This document shows, in pieces, positions 47,601-60,000 of a DNA stretch of 64,000 nucleotides; positions within the stretch are counted from its first letter, which is position 1, and each line of letters opens with the position of its first letter. This DNA is from Podarcis pityusensis (Eukaryota): the NCBI GenBank assembly GCA_964106645.2, contig OZ067050.1; one strand, 5' to 3'. The notes below the pieces were generated by a model. The model was not told where the DNA came from and did no database searches. It saw only the letters and a list, made by a program, of their open reading frames with translations. The translations under genes were made by a program, and so were the position numbers.

Positions 47601-49409
47601 CTGAAGTAGCCAGACAATCCCCATATATTGTGGGGCTTCAGTGGGGACCATGCGGTAAAAGGAGGGGACCTGACCTGGATTACTCTCTTCTGGGTGAAAT
47701 GTGCCATACATGAACTGAAAGAGAATTTACAAACAGAGAGAGTTTAGGACCAGTATTTAAATGCTAGCAGTTTTTATGGAACAAATAATTGTTGAACGAA
47801 TTTGCAGGCTTAGCAGACATGTTGTTGTTTTGTCTAGTCGTTTAGTCGTGTCCGACTCTTCGTGACCCCATGGACCAGAGCACGCCAGGCACTCCTATCT
47901 TTCACTGCCTCCCACAGTTTGGTCAAACTCATGCTGGTAGCTTCAAGAACACTGTCCAACCATCTCGTCCTCTGCTGTCCCCTTCTCCTTCTGCCCTCAA
48001 TCTTTCCCAACATCAGGGTCTTTTCCAGGGAGTTAGCAGACATATCCTCCACTAAATAATATTAAATCTGATCAAGGAAGGAGTGCACTTACATTAGTAC
48101 TTGCATTGTGCTCTTGGTCATTCTTTACGATAGGTGGCAAACTTTATACTCCTGGACCTCCACATTTGGATGATGTGACCCTTTTGTCCAAGCCAAGCTG
48201 ACCTGCTTTTCACAATGGCCTCCACTAAGTGTTCTGCAAGGCATGCATAGGGCAAAAAAGCCACCTGATGTCACCTGACAAACAGGGCCCATGTAGAGCA
48301 GGGGAGATAGTGATCTAGTCTGCTTCCCCACTCCATGACTTGGAAGGAGAACATGTGTCACATGGAACAACCTCTTCATGGGGAGGATTCCTTCTCAATT
48401 TTGCAAGAATTGTCTCCTCAGTTCTAGAATACATGGTAGGCTCTCTGAAACAGGCAGTTGCTATGCAACACATAACGAGAAGTGTGACTAAGAGGACATG
48501 TTTAACACACACATCCCTGCTTCCTCCACCACCTTATTAACATCACATTGGCATACAAATACTTAAATAGGGTAAGGGTAAAACACTCTTCCACAAGGAT
48601 TTTCTCTTAATTTTAGTCCCTCCACCATTCACCAGACATTCAGAATCACCAGAACACTCACAGAACATCAGTTACTGACCCATTCAAATATCTTGCCTGT
48701 GGTATCTTGTAGAGACTTAAGATGTTGTCCATGCGGAAGGTAGTATCAGAGCCAAGTCCCCCAATAACAACAATGGGGTTTTTATGGGCATCACATTTGT
48801 AATTAGGGGGAAAGCTGTGTGGTTTGCAGAACACATCCAGAGTGGTACGGTAGGTCATCATTGCATCAAAGTAGTTGTCATATATGTGGAACCCAAGAGT
48901 GACATTGGGCAAGATCTTGGGGTCCTCATTGATCTCATTTACAGCAAATGCCAAGGCCAGGGCATGCTGATAGAATTTTGGCAGAACCCTGCAAATAGAG
49001 CTCAATTAATCTTTCACTTAATCTCCAATTTATGTGGAGTTTAAGGACATTCTTTGAGTTCTTACTTATGTTTTGCAGCTGATAGTTTACTTTATTCTTC
49101 AGTTTAGGCAAGATTAGGTTTACTTAATTTATCTTTGTGTTCTAGAAGGCCATGAAATGATTTACAAGAAGAATAAATACAGTAATAAAAATACATAAGC
49201 ATATGAAAAACATAGTCAGAGTAAAAGCATTCAATCATTAGTGCTGCCAGAATGTCTGGGAAAATGAAAATGTCATTGCTCGAAGCAGAAATGAAGATAA
49301 AGTCCTCCCAAGGAGAAGGTTCTTTAGATGGGGAGATGCAATAGAAAGCTTATGGTAGAGTAATTTCTTTCAGAATTGTATAGAAAGAGATGCTGTCATA
49401 ACGGAGGTT

Positions 49410-49454
<45 letters not shown>

Positions 49455-50309
49455 AAGCTTTTAAGAGAGAAGTGATTACAGAAATCCATAAAGTTTATTC
49501 ATCTTTCCTAATCATGATGGCCACATGGAATCTACAGGATCAGTGACAACATAGTTCTGAATTCTACTTGTTCGAGAACAATATGGGAGAGCAATTATTG
49601 TGCTCATATAGTGTTTGGGGCTTTCTGTAGGAACCTGGTTTCCTATTGTGGGAATGCTGAATTAGATAAGATGTCCATGTGCTTACTCCCCCACCCCAAT
49701 TAGGCATTTAAAACTTAATTAAACACTGTGCTAGTTCCCCAAATTATTCAGGGCCAAGATCTGTGTCAGGAATTCTGTTTCATGCAAATCTGATGCAACC
49801 TAAAATCCTCTACACACTTACGTGGGAGTAAGCTCCATTGGACTCAACGAGGTTTTTGGCTCATTAGACATGCATAGCATACTGCTGAGAAATTGCATAC
49901 CACTACAATTAAAAGGGTCATTTTTTACAGGAGAACCAACCCTGTGTGTGTGGTACGAAGGACAAGAGATCAAGAAAGAATATTTTTGCACTGAATTAAG
50001 CATACATGCACTTTAATTGAGTAACTTCTCACAGGCATAAACAAATCTTTGTGACTGTACTGGGGCCAGGCAACAGAAAGAGAAAAAAATAATAATTTCT
50101 TACGCCGGTATTTCAAACAGGTCCTGAGAAGGTGGGTGCTTGAATGAAATTTCGTTCAACATACTAACAATCTGAGAAGTAATCCCACCAACGATGAACC
50201 CACCTGGCTGATGCCACTCATTTACAACAGGAAAGGGATCACTGACAGGGCAGAGTACATTGCAAATTATGTTAGGCAGCAGAAGCATCAGTTCTAGAAG
50301 CCAAAGCAT
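44610..50309 (-). CDS. V2R gene E, vomeronasal type-2 receptor, complete, ~869 aa (GC-AG intron 2)
   Basis: Exons 50309-50104, 48988-48697 (donor CAG|GCAAGA), 47714-46854, 46364-46137, 45946-45820, 45505-44610. Sum 2610 nt in frame. More divergent from A-D and closer to F. Confidence 0.9.
47821..48032 (-). mobile_element. RTE-BovB 3' fragment
   Basis: Minus [53 protein letters not shown] is the BovB ORF C-terminus. (AAC)n-like tail. 11-bp TSD ttagcagacat at 47810-47820 and 48033-48043. Confidence 0.9.
49408..49450. repeat. (TTTA)n microsatellite
   Basis: Read directly. Confidence 0.95.
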
Positions 50310-50484
50310 TCTGGTGCCAAAGTTTTCCTAAAAATCCATCAGATGTTCATCAAAAGCAGCTTCTTGAGTTAAAGGCCTGACACCATCAACATGGTTATAA
50401 ACACATGCCTTGGAAACAAATGGAGGTTGCCAACGCTCTGACTTAAAATTCAAAACCTAACATGAAAGAAGAGGGGAAAAGGGA

Positions 50485-50660
50485 GAAATTGCATTGACAG
50501 AGTCCTGCCTGCATCTTGCTCCTACTCCCATCTCTCAATGGCACAGTAGCTGGTGCATCGGTACTTTCAGACTTGCTCATTGCATGTTTTTTAGTGTTTC
50601 CTATGGACGCTCTGGTGATCAAGTCATGGTGGAGTAGATAATTGCAGGGGGAGATAATTG
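50485..50660 (-). promoter_or_regulatory. Conserved upstream cassette of gene E
   Basis: gacagagtcctgcctgcatcttgctcctactccca and gataattgcagggggagataat are retained although the rest has diverged. Confidence 0.55.
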
Positions 50661-51050
50661 TTTCTTCCTGAATAGCATTTTTAGGTCCCGTTCCCCCAAA
50701 TACACACACCATGTTGACCTCAAAGAGGAGTGGGAAGTCAGTTCCAAGCTTTTCGATGAGCAAACACCAAAGGGGGGAAATTAAGTCCCAACCTTGATTA
50801 GGGACACAAAGAGAGCTAAATTGTACATTGAAGGCTTGTCCAACTCCACCTTGCTCAAGGACATTAGAATAAACATTTTTTTCAACAATGCATTTGCTGT
50901 GTAGAATTAACTAGAGCTTAGTGGCAAGAATTTTCAGCTTGAAATGTTAAGGACAGGATGAAAGCGAAATTCTCAAAACAAAGTTTGAGCAGGGAATGGG
51001 GGATCTTCATGAGCTTGAGGAGCTAAGGGTTACCAGGCAGTTTGTTATTG

Positions 51051-51253
51051 NNNNNNNNNNNNNNNNNNNNNNNNNNNNNNNNNNNNNNNNNNNNNNNNNN
51101 NNNNNNNNNNNNNNNNNNNNNNNNNNNNNNNNNNNNNNNNNNNNNNNNNNNNNNNNNNNNNNNNNNNNNNNNNNNNNNNNNNNNNNNNNNNNNNNNNNNN
51201 NNNNNNNNNNNNNNNNNNNNNNNNNNNNNNNNNNNNNNNNNNNNNNNNNNNNN
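51051..51253. other. Assembly gap (203 N) between genes E and F
   Basis: Run of n. Confidence 0.99.
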
Positions 51254-52966
51254 AACTTCCAGTGGATAACCAATCAATGTCCCCCATTTGAATAATGTAA
51301 TACCTTGGAGCAATTTTAAAAAATGTAAAAATATAAAAATGCTGTTCCACACCACATTAATCTCTAAGCAGTCTGAGATTCCAGGGGTTCCTGGCACTTA
51401 CCCTGGATCTGTGTTTCTTTTTGGAAATTAGGCGAAGTGGAGACTCTGGTATCTTTATGATATATGGTTTATTTACACATATACACAACCTGAGCCTACA
51501 GTGGATGGTTTCACAAGAGGCCCTTGTTTATCTCATAGCCAAATCCTTAGATTCACGCAGAAATCAAATATTGTGCTCTGCTGCTCTGGCTTTCCAGTCT
51601 GCTTTTCTTCTAGATCACATCACAGCCAATATTGCCCTCAACTCTGGCATTATCCTGACTATTTAAGAACTAGAGGAGGGGCTCTACCCATTTGACGTCT
51701 GGCACAGATTCCCATTTCCTTTGCTTTCTCAATGGCTCATCACCTTTCCTTTGCTCTCCCTTAATAGCCCAACACCCAGGTGATTCCATGAACACAGAAA
51801 GCTATGCTGACTTATATTTCAAGACTTGCTGAGTGATGGGCCTGGCATTCAGTTTAACACCACAAGCATTGATTAAATTCTAACACTTACAATATCAAGG
51901 AATTTAGAGGAGTCTGTCACCGACAAACTCATAACAATACAATAAAGCAATCTTAAAATTTACAAGACAAAGCACAACACATATGAAGCAACAAAATGGA
52001 ACACACCTTGCATCTTCACACGGTGCAGAAGACAAACTTTCATTAGACTTGAACATGGATGGCATTAGGCATGATGGCTATGCTCTGATGCAACACATCA
52101 TGTAAGAACTCAGATTGGACAATATTAATAGGATTATTGCAGTATAATACTTCTAGCCTCCTGTCACAGATTGCCAAAAGTCTGCGCTGGTGCTTTTATC
52201 CTGCTGACTGTGCAAATTTTCAGAGAGAGATTCCTCTTTAAATCAGTGATACATACTAATTTCTTCAATTATTCCATCATATGGACCTGGGACTAGTTTT
52301 CTCTTTCAACTCTCTCATTATTTAATTGGGGGAAATGGTACTTTTGCTTGAACTGGTTCTCTCTTCCATAGTCTTCAAAGGTAAATTTCTGTTCATATCA
52401 CAGCAGCTGGTTGTTTGTGGGTGTTAATATGCAGGACCACATTGATTCATTAGCAATCTTTTGAGGGCCATATACTAGTGGGTGGGGAGCAGAGGGCAAA
52501 GTGAATGGAGCAATGGATAGAATTTTTGCATTCCTGTTGGAGGCTACATTCTAGCCATGAACTACACTAGGCAGAAATGCCAAAGACATCTCTGTGATAT
52601 GCAGCAGAGATGACACTGTTTGCTATCTTCCAAAGCTTGATGGGTTAAGCACAACCACAAGCCCTGTTTTGGTGTTCAGAACCAATGCAACAGCAGAGTT
52701 ATAGTGAGCAGGAGCCCTGCTCTCCATCCTCACATAGTCATCATCACTTGATTTTGAATGCCTGTATATACACCAAACACAGTTATTCTGTTTTCAAACT
52801 GCCTCCATATCTTTACACTCAACAAATCCATGCTAAAAAAAAAAGAGAAACCCATGGTAGAAAGGCCCCTTGGATTATCCTACCAAAGACCAAGGAACAC
52901 ACATACTAATCATTATTCATTCTCAACACCAGGGGGAAGCAGCTACCTACACTTCATAGATCATGT

Positions 52967-53176
52967 TACAGATAGGTAGCCGTGTTGGTCTGCCATAGTC
53001 AAAATAAAAAAATTCCTTCCAGTAGCACCTTAAAGACCAACTAAGTTAGTTCTTGGTATCAGCTTTCGTGTGCATGCACACTTCTTCAGATACACTGAAA
53101 CAGAAGTTGCCAGATCCTTCTATATAGTGAGAAGGTGGGGAGGGGTATTACTCAGAAGGGTGGTGGGAATGGGTGA
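52967..53176 (-). mobile_element. Penelope-like element terminal fragment
   Basis: gtagccgtgttggtctg..agcaccttaaagaccaac..agctttcgtg..cacttcttcagat resembles reptile Penelope termini as I recall them; 14-bp direct repeat ttcatagatcatgt at 52953-52966 and 53177-53190. Confidence 0.7.
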
Positions 53177-53518
53177 TTCATAGATCATGTCATGTTTCTA
53201 AGGGAAGAGTGATCTTGTGCACGAATCCTGCTTGAAAGTTCCCTGCAGGCACTGGCAGAGGAAAGGGAGCAGGGGAGTGCACCGCCCCCAGCACCATCGG
53301 GGCGGGGGGTACCATCGTGTCTGCCCCCCAACACGTGCCATGAACAGCTGCTCTCTGCCCCCGGTGCTGGAGCATGCAGCTTCGCCACTGCCTGCAGGCA
53401 ATTGATTGGTCACTGTGTGAAGAGGATGCCAGATCCAGCAGGCTTTTCTTACTTTCTTATGAGTGCTGTCGTACTCAGGTTCTGCTTGCAGGTTCCCCAT
53501 ATTTCCACTGGGCATAAC

Positions 53519-53676
53519 CGGTGTGTGTGTGTTTTCCTGGGGGGGACGCAGAGGTACGCATACCCCTAAACATTTTGTGAATCTACGTTTGGCCTCATTT
53601 AGGGGCAGTATTTCAATATGAGTAGGAAAATGAGAGTACCCCTTAACATTATTTTTAAAAAAGAAAAAAAGCACTG
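53519..53676. mobile_element. Short hAT-type MITE
   Basis: Right TIR aaaaaaagcactg, degenerate left TIR cggtg..tttt; 8-bp TSD ggcataac / ggcctaac. Confidence 0.6.
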
Positions 53677-54019
53677 GGCCTAACCTTGGCCACTCTGGTG
53701 ACCTTGGTGTTATCAGCAGCACGCTCTAACCAACTGAGATATCCAGTGGTCCACACACATTTAATTTGGGGAAAAGACAGTCCGCCTAACTTGGAAAGCA
53801 CTGAGAGAGGTACACAGGGTTGGAATGACTTTCTGCCCATGCCTCTTATTTCCAAATACCAAGTCATACAGTCCAGAAAGTAAGAGCAAAAAGGCATCAG
53901 CAAATGGGATTGTTCTATTGGTGCACATATTTCTGCTTAGCATCCAGTTTTCTGGCTTTCTGATGTTTTCCAACCTTTCTGCTGACCTTAGTAGGTCACT
54001 TTTAAATCTCTAAATGTAA

Positions 54020-54064
54020 GTAGTAGTAGTAGTAATAGTAGTAGTAGTAGTAGTAGTAGTAGTA
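54020..54064. repeat. (TAG)n microsatellite just after the gene F stop codon
   Basis: Read directly; the stop is at 54074-54072. Confidence 0.9.
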
Positions 54065-54071
54065 ATAATAT

Positions 54072-57000
54072 TTAAATATTTTTCCTTAACATTTGCTCCC
54101 TGCTGTTCAACTCAGGCTTCAAAACAATGATATAGCATTTAGGAGTGAAGATGCAACCCAATAACCCAGCACTGGAAGCCAGGATGGAAAAGATCTCCAC
54201 AGTCACCATGTCTTTTCCTTTGGTGCTCAGGTAGGTTGGCACAAAGGTGGCCCACACACTGCAAAAGAGCAACATGCTAAATGTGATGAACTTGGCTTCA
54301 TTAAAACTATCTGGTAATTTCCGGGCAAGAAATGCAACAAAGAAGCTGATGATTGCCAAGAGTCCCATGTAGACAAGGACACAATAAAACATGGCAGTGG
54401 ACCCTTCATTACACTGTAGAATGATTTCTTCTGTTACCGAGTGCATGTCTAAATCAGGATATGGCGGAGAAGTTGCCAACCACGTAGTGCAAATAATGAC
54501 TTGAATAAGGGAACAGGAAAGGACAATAGAGTTGGATAGGCTTTTTCCCACCCATTTCTTCATTCTGGATCCAGGTTTTGTGGCCATGAACGCTAGAGAA
54601 ACAATGGTGGTCTTTGCCAGCACGCAAGAAACAGCCACTGAGAAGACAATCCCAAAGGATGTTTGGCGAAGAAGACAGGTCACTTTCTCAGGTTTGCCCA
54701 GGAACAGCAAAGATGAGAGGAAGCAGAGAAAAAGAGAGATGAGGAGAGCGTAGGTGAGGTCCCGGTTGTTGGCTTTGACAATGGGGGTATCTCTGTACTT
54801 AATAAAAGTTCCTAGCACCAAAGCTGTGATCAGGGAAAAAGAAACAGCAACTAAAGTCAAACTGAATCCTAATGTTTCTTTGTAAGCCAGGAACCTTATT
54901 GCTTTGGGGATGCATTGAGTTTTGTCCTCTCTTGGATACTGATCTTCTGGGCATTTGAAACAAGCAACCATATCTAGAAAACAAAATTAAATTTGATTTC
55001 AGTGTCAGTTCTCCTTGGTGTATAAGCATTCGTCATGCTAATTCCTATATGGCAGTTGCAGATATTATAATGACATATTTATATTTGTGATAGGATGGTA
55101 ATTTTGTGTTCCTAATTTGGATTCTATATATCAAAAAAAGCCTAGTTGACTAGGAAAACTAGAGGTAAATAAAATGATGAAGTCTTAACAACTGGGAATT
55201 GGATACATGGGAAGTAGCAATTGGGGCAGTTAGGCCATGGGAAGAGGAAAGAGTATGACTGATGGGATAGTGAAAAAGAGGAAAGTGTTGCTAGATTTTG
55301 AGTTCAATCTGTTGAAGGAAGACTTTGATCAGGTTCTAGGAGGTTCTGGGCACATATAGACATCAGAGAAGAGTGACAGGGACAGTATAGTGTGACTCTG
55401 GGGTCCAGGAATGTTCAGGAACATCACCTCTGGTGATGTTTGACATAGAATGGTGAAAAGCACTAGAGTGTTGCTCTACACTATTGGAAATGTTTAATCC
55501 ATGTAAGCATATGATGTGCTGTTCCTTCCCTTATTTATCCTTTAATAAATGCAACAAAGACATTTGTGTATGATTTCAGATTTCTTTATGAGATTGTGGA
55601 CTTGAATTTCAGCTTTCTTCCTGTAACACTACCTTCTGCCTTCTGGTCCCAGTTCTCCCTTTCATAATGCAAAATGAGTGCCTTCTGTGTGAGGGGTGAG
55701 CATCGCCCATTTGCTTCTGTTTTTACATTAGGTGTGGTTAAACCAATTTAAGCCCCTTTCTTTAGAATAAAGCATTGATGCAGCTAAATCTCTTTGGCCC
55801 AATGAAGTTCATTACCAAGTAGATGACCATAGAAGTGCTCTTTGATTTTACTCTGAAACAGCTGTCCTTCTATTTTCTCAAAAAGTTGCCATTTTAATTT
55901 ACTCCCAGATAAAAGTACAATGAATAGCATACTCAGAGGCTCCTAATCATGATAGCTATATTACTCCTAGTATGAGAGGCAATATGCCTGTGAATACTAG
56001 TTGCTAGAAAACAACAATAAGGAATATCCATTGCACTCATTTTTGCCTTTTGAGCTTCCTGTTGGGATCTTGTGAAGAGTATCCTGCACTGGAAACGGCT
56101 CTGGTGATAGCCAAATTTTCTTCTTGTGTTTTTATTCATTATATCCACAGAGATTAGGATGTAAGCTTGGCTTAACCCTGCATGACTTACTTCTGAGTAA
56201 ACACGTGAAGGACTGAGAACAACCTGGAAGGCAGCAGAGAAATGTCTGCATGCTGTATCAAGGAGGGCTGTGTGATAGAGACCAATGACTAGCCAAGTGT
56301 TCACAAACTCACAATGAAAATCAGTCACTTTTAAATTTCCTCAGCTAACCCAATAATTTTATTTAGCTTCTTTGATGAAAGAGTAGCACATTACCTACCT
56401 GTCTGGTTGGCAAACTTCCCTTCTGAGCATGAAGCACAATCATAGCAACAAAATTTCTCCTCTTCCTTCCTTTTCTTTTGATTGCCAGTCTGGCAGGGTT
56501 CATTACACAAAGACAGGGGAAATCCCTATCCATAAACAGATACCAGAATCAGAGAAATTAGTCAAGGCACTTTCTCTCATTTCCCCATTTTTCTAGATTA
56601 ACTTCAACCTCCAAATTTCCAATCAGTTTTTGAAGGGGAAAAAACCTCAAAATAGAAATTGATCAGGAGTTGAGTGCAAATTTATTGCAATATGCATCTC
56701 AGTTGATATGCGCGGTTTTGGTAAGCAATTGCCACTACTAATACTTTTCTAAATAACTTCCTTACAAAATTCAGAGAAACCTGCCTTTTGAAGGGTCAGG
56801 GATGATTGGATTTGAAGTCCAATAACATCTTTTGGCCACCAGGTTGGGGAATATACTTTTACAGTCTGTGAAAACACCACATTGAGCAGCAAGAAAATAA
56901 AACTTTATGACATCCAAAAGACCTATCTAAGGCTAACCCAGAAGTCACACCTGATTAAAAGCTCCATGCCACACAATCATGTCATCATCAATGATGAACT

Positions 57001-60000
57001 CTTTTCCTCCAAGACCACCAGGACCCACCCTTCCAACTTTCACTCTCTGGAAGGAATTGTTTGGAAATGTGACGATATTAGTGATGTCAAATCCACCTCC
57101 TATTTCCATTTTTTCATTGAAAGTGAACATTTCTCCAACTGAGTTGTTAAATGAAATGCCATGGAGAGATGAGTGGAGCTAATGGAAAGAGAGAAAGAAA
57201 CAAAAGGAGATTAATGGGAGGGAAAGAACAGGATGGGCATATTGTTTAATTTTGCTTTATAATTACTTTTTCTTATATTTATTCACAACAATAATGAAAA
57301 GAAGAAAAGGAGGGAAATATCATCTCATGACAATTTTACCAACAGTTATGCTTATTAATACTGCTTACAGAGTTTCACCAAGATAAAATATTGGCATGTA
57401 AAGTATGCAGAATGGGGATTTTATACTGCATTGTAGATAAGTATTTTAATGCTCCAGTCCTAAGAGGAACAATGCTAGTGTGCAAGTCCATCCCCGGGGT
57501 GCAACTCCAGAAATGAAAAAGTTGAATGTAGGCTCCCCCCGAATTAATATGATGCTTAAATTAAACTATTTGCTGTAGTGACATTACTTGCCAAGGCTGC
57601 AAATCTTGAAGTTCAAATCTTTCCCTTCCCAGAATGGCTCTGTGCTTGGGTCTAGTTGAGTAAATGGCATGCAAAGCATTAGCCACGGCATAGACTGCAT
57701 TGTAAATATTGTAGCTGTGACCAGTCATGAGTAGCTCAAACTGATGCCCAGGAAGACTCTCCAACTTCTCCTCCCCAGTACATATTTTAAAGTCATATTC
57801 TGGCTCTTCAAGATTTGTAAATGAACAATCAAATGCTTGCTCCCAGAAATCATTAACAAATCCATCTCCTTCAGTCCAGTAAGGTTTTACTTTCTGAAGA
57901 AATTCCCTGAATTCTGGAACATCTTGTGAATGAATGGTAAAGGCAATTGCACCTTGGAGCATCTGAAGACCCCAGTTCCTTTGAATGCTAGATAATGCAA
58001 AATCAATCTGAGTTGTCATGATCCATACCTTTCTAAATGATTCATTCCCCTTACTTTCAGCAATAAATCTTAGCCACACAATAGTCAAAGTTTCTCCATA
58101 GATGATCAACGTATTGACTTTGCTATCTGTGAAATCTAAATAATTACTTGATACCATGTCAAAGAGTTTATCCAAGTCATCAAAACGGGGTGATTGTTGG
58201 ATTCTTTGTGTGAAGGCTGAACAAATTCCATTTTGGGAAAACAACGGCTCCATGGTCTGCAAGAAATTTTCTCCACTCCCGTCATCCACAACAAAGAGCC
58301 CGACCCATGTCCATCCAAAGTGATTAAGCAAGCTGGTAATCCCCTTGTACAGATGGACTTCATTTGGCACCATGTGATATAAAATGTGGTCCTGATCTAT
58401 GTCAGTCTTTTCTGGGGGAAAGGCGCCATAGGTGAGCTAAAAGAAAATGTATTTATTGTCAAAGATACTAATTTCATTATGTGCTATATCATTGTGTTTT
58501 TTTGTGAGTGAGTGAATAAACGACTAAATATGTGGATTGTACCTAAATATTTGCGACTATAACAATAATTTCATGCAAGTTATCCATATGGACTACTTGT
58601 GGAACACTTTGTATGAATACTGAACAGATTTATTTCTGCAAAATAATAGCCCTGTGGTATGCAGCATTCTTCACTGTGTGGCTCAAACCTGCTCCACATT
58701 CATCCAAAATAGTTTAGTTAGGTGATGATCCCTACATAGTGTTTCTTGGGGTTTTATTGGGCAACTTATGGATACAATGGAATTTGCGAATATATTTACA
58801 AGACGGATGGGAGCAATATATACAGAGCAATATGCTAATATTATAGTAAATGGGAATTTGTCAGAAAAATGCTTTGTATCAAAAGAAACAAAACAAGGTT
58901 TCCCACTGTCACCATTATTGTTTATTTTGGTGTTAGATGCCTTATGTAGAGATATAAGAGAAAGTGATGAGATACAAAGTATCAAAGTGGGACAACAAAC
59001 TTACAAATTAAAAGCATTTGCAGGTGTTGTGGATTTATTTGTAAGAGACCCCTTTTAAAATATGGTAAACGTATTTGAAAAGATAAAGCAATTTGTTTTT
59101 TAGCAGGTTTTTATATAAATAAAACTAAGATTAAAATATCAGTAAAAATATGGATCAGCAAGCAAAAGAGGCTTTACAAAAGAAGACTGGAATTAAGAAT
59201 TCATTTGGGAAGGGAAGAAACCAAGGCTTAAATTAATAACAGATGCTAAAGAAGGAGGTGAAATCTCACTTCCAAATAACTTCCAAATCTAATATTATAT
59301 TATGATGCAGCATGTTTGACATGAATAAAGGAATGGAGGGTATTTTTAAAATGACTGAATTGCTGGATCTAGAGGGATGTGGTGGAAGATATGGGTGGCA
59401 TGCATATTTGTGGTGTGAAAAAGCAAAGCTCCATAAAGACTTTCTAAATCATGCTGTAAGAAGTTTATTTGGAGTATGGACAGTTATAAAAATCTACTTG
59501 AATGGAAAACACCACTGTGGTTAACTCCCATAAAGGCCTGTGCTCCAAAAGAAAAGAATATGAATGAGAACTGGGGAATTTATAGAGCTATGTTAAGTTA
59601 CACTGAAAGCAGGTATAAACTCTTTTTTAAAATAGAAGAAATTCAAGACCTTGTATCATATTGGTTTCAGTATCATCAAGTAAATGAGTTATTTAAGAAG
59701 GATGTGTTAAATGGTTTTATGGAATAAGGATCTTATTTTGAAATGGGGATACTTGAGAGTAATGAAAAATTGATTTCTTAAATGTACAAAATGCTACTAG
59801 AATGGGATAGTAAAGATGAAAGGGTTAAGTCAACAATTATACAATGGGCTAAAGACTTAGTTAATAATGTTAATATTGTTTCTTGGGAGTATTTATGGAA
59901 AAATGATGTGAATTCATTGCTTGTTATACACTTTATTTGGTATTTAACACTAAACAAACAGGCTAAGATGCACAAAAATGTATCAAGTAAATGCTGGAAA

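Noticed and set aside
50996-51397. ORFs spanning N runs (also 12077-12319)
   Set aside because: Artefacts of assembly gaps.
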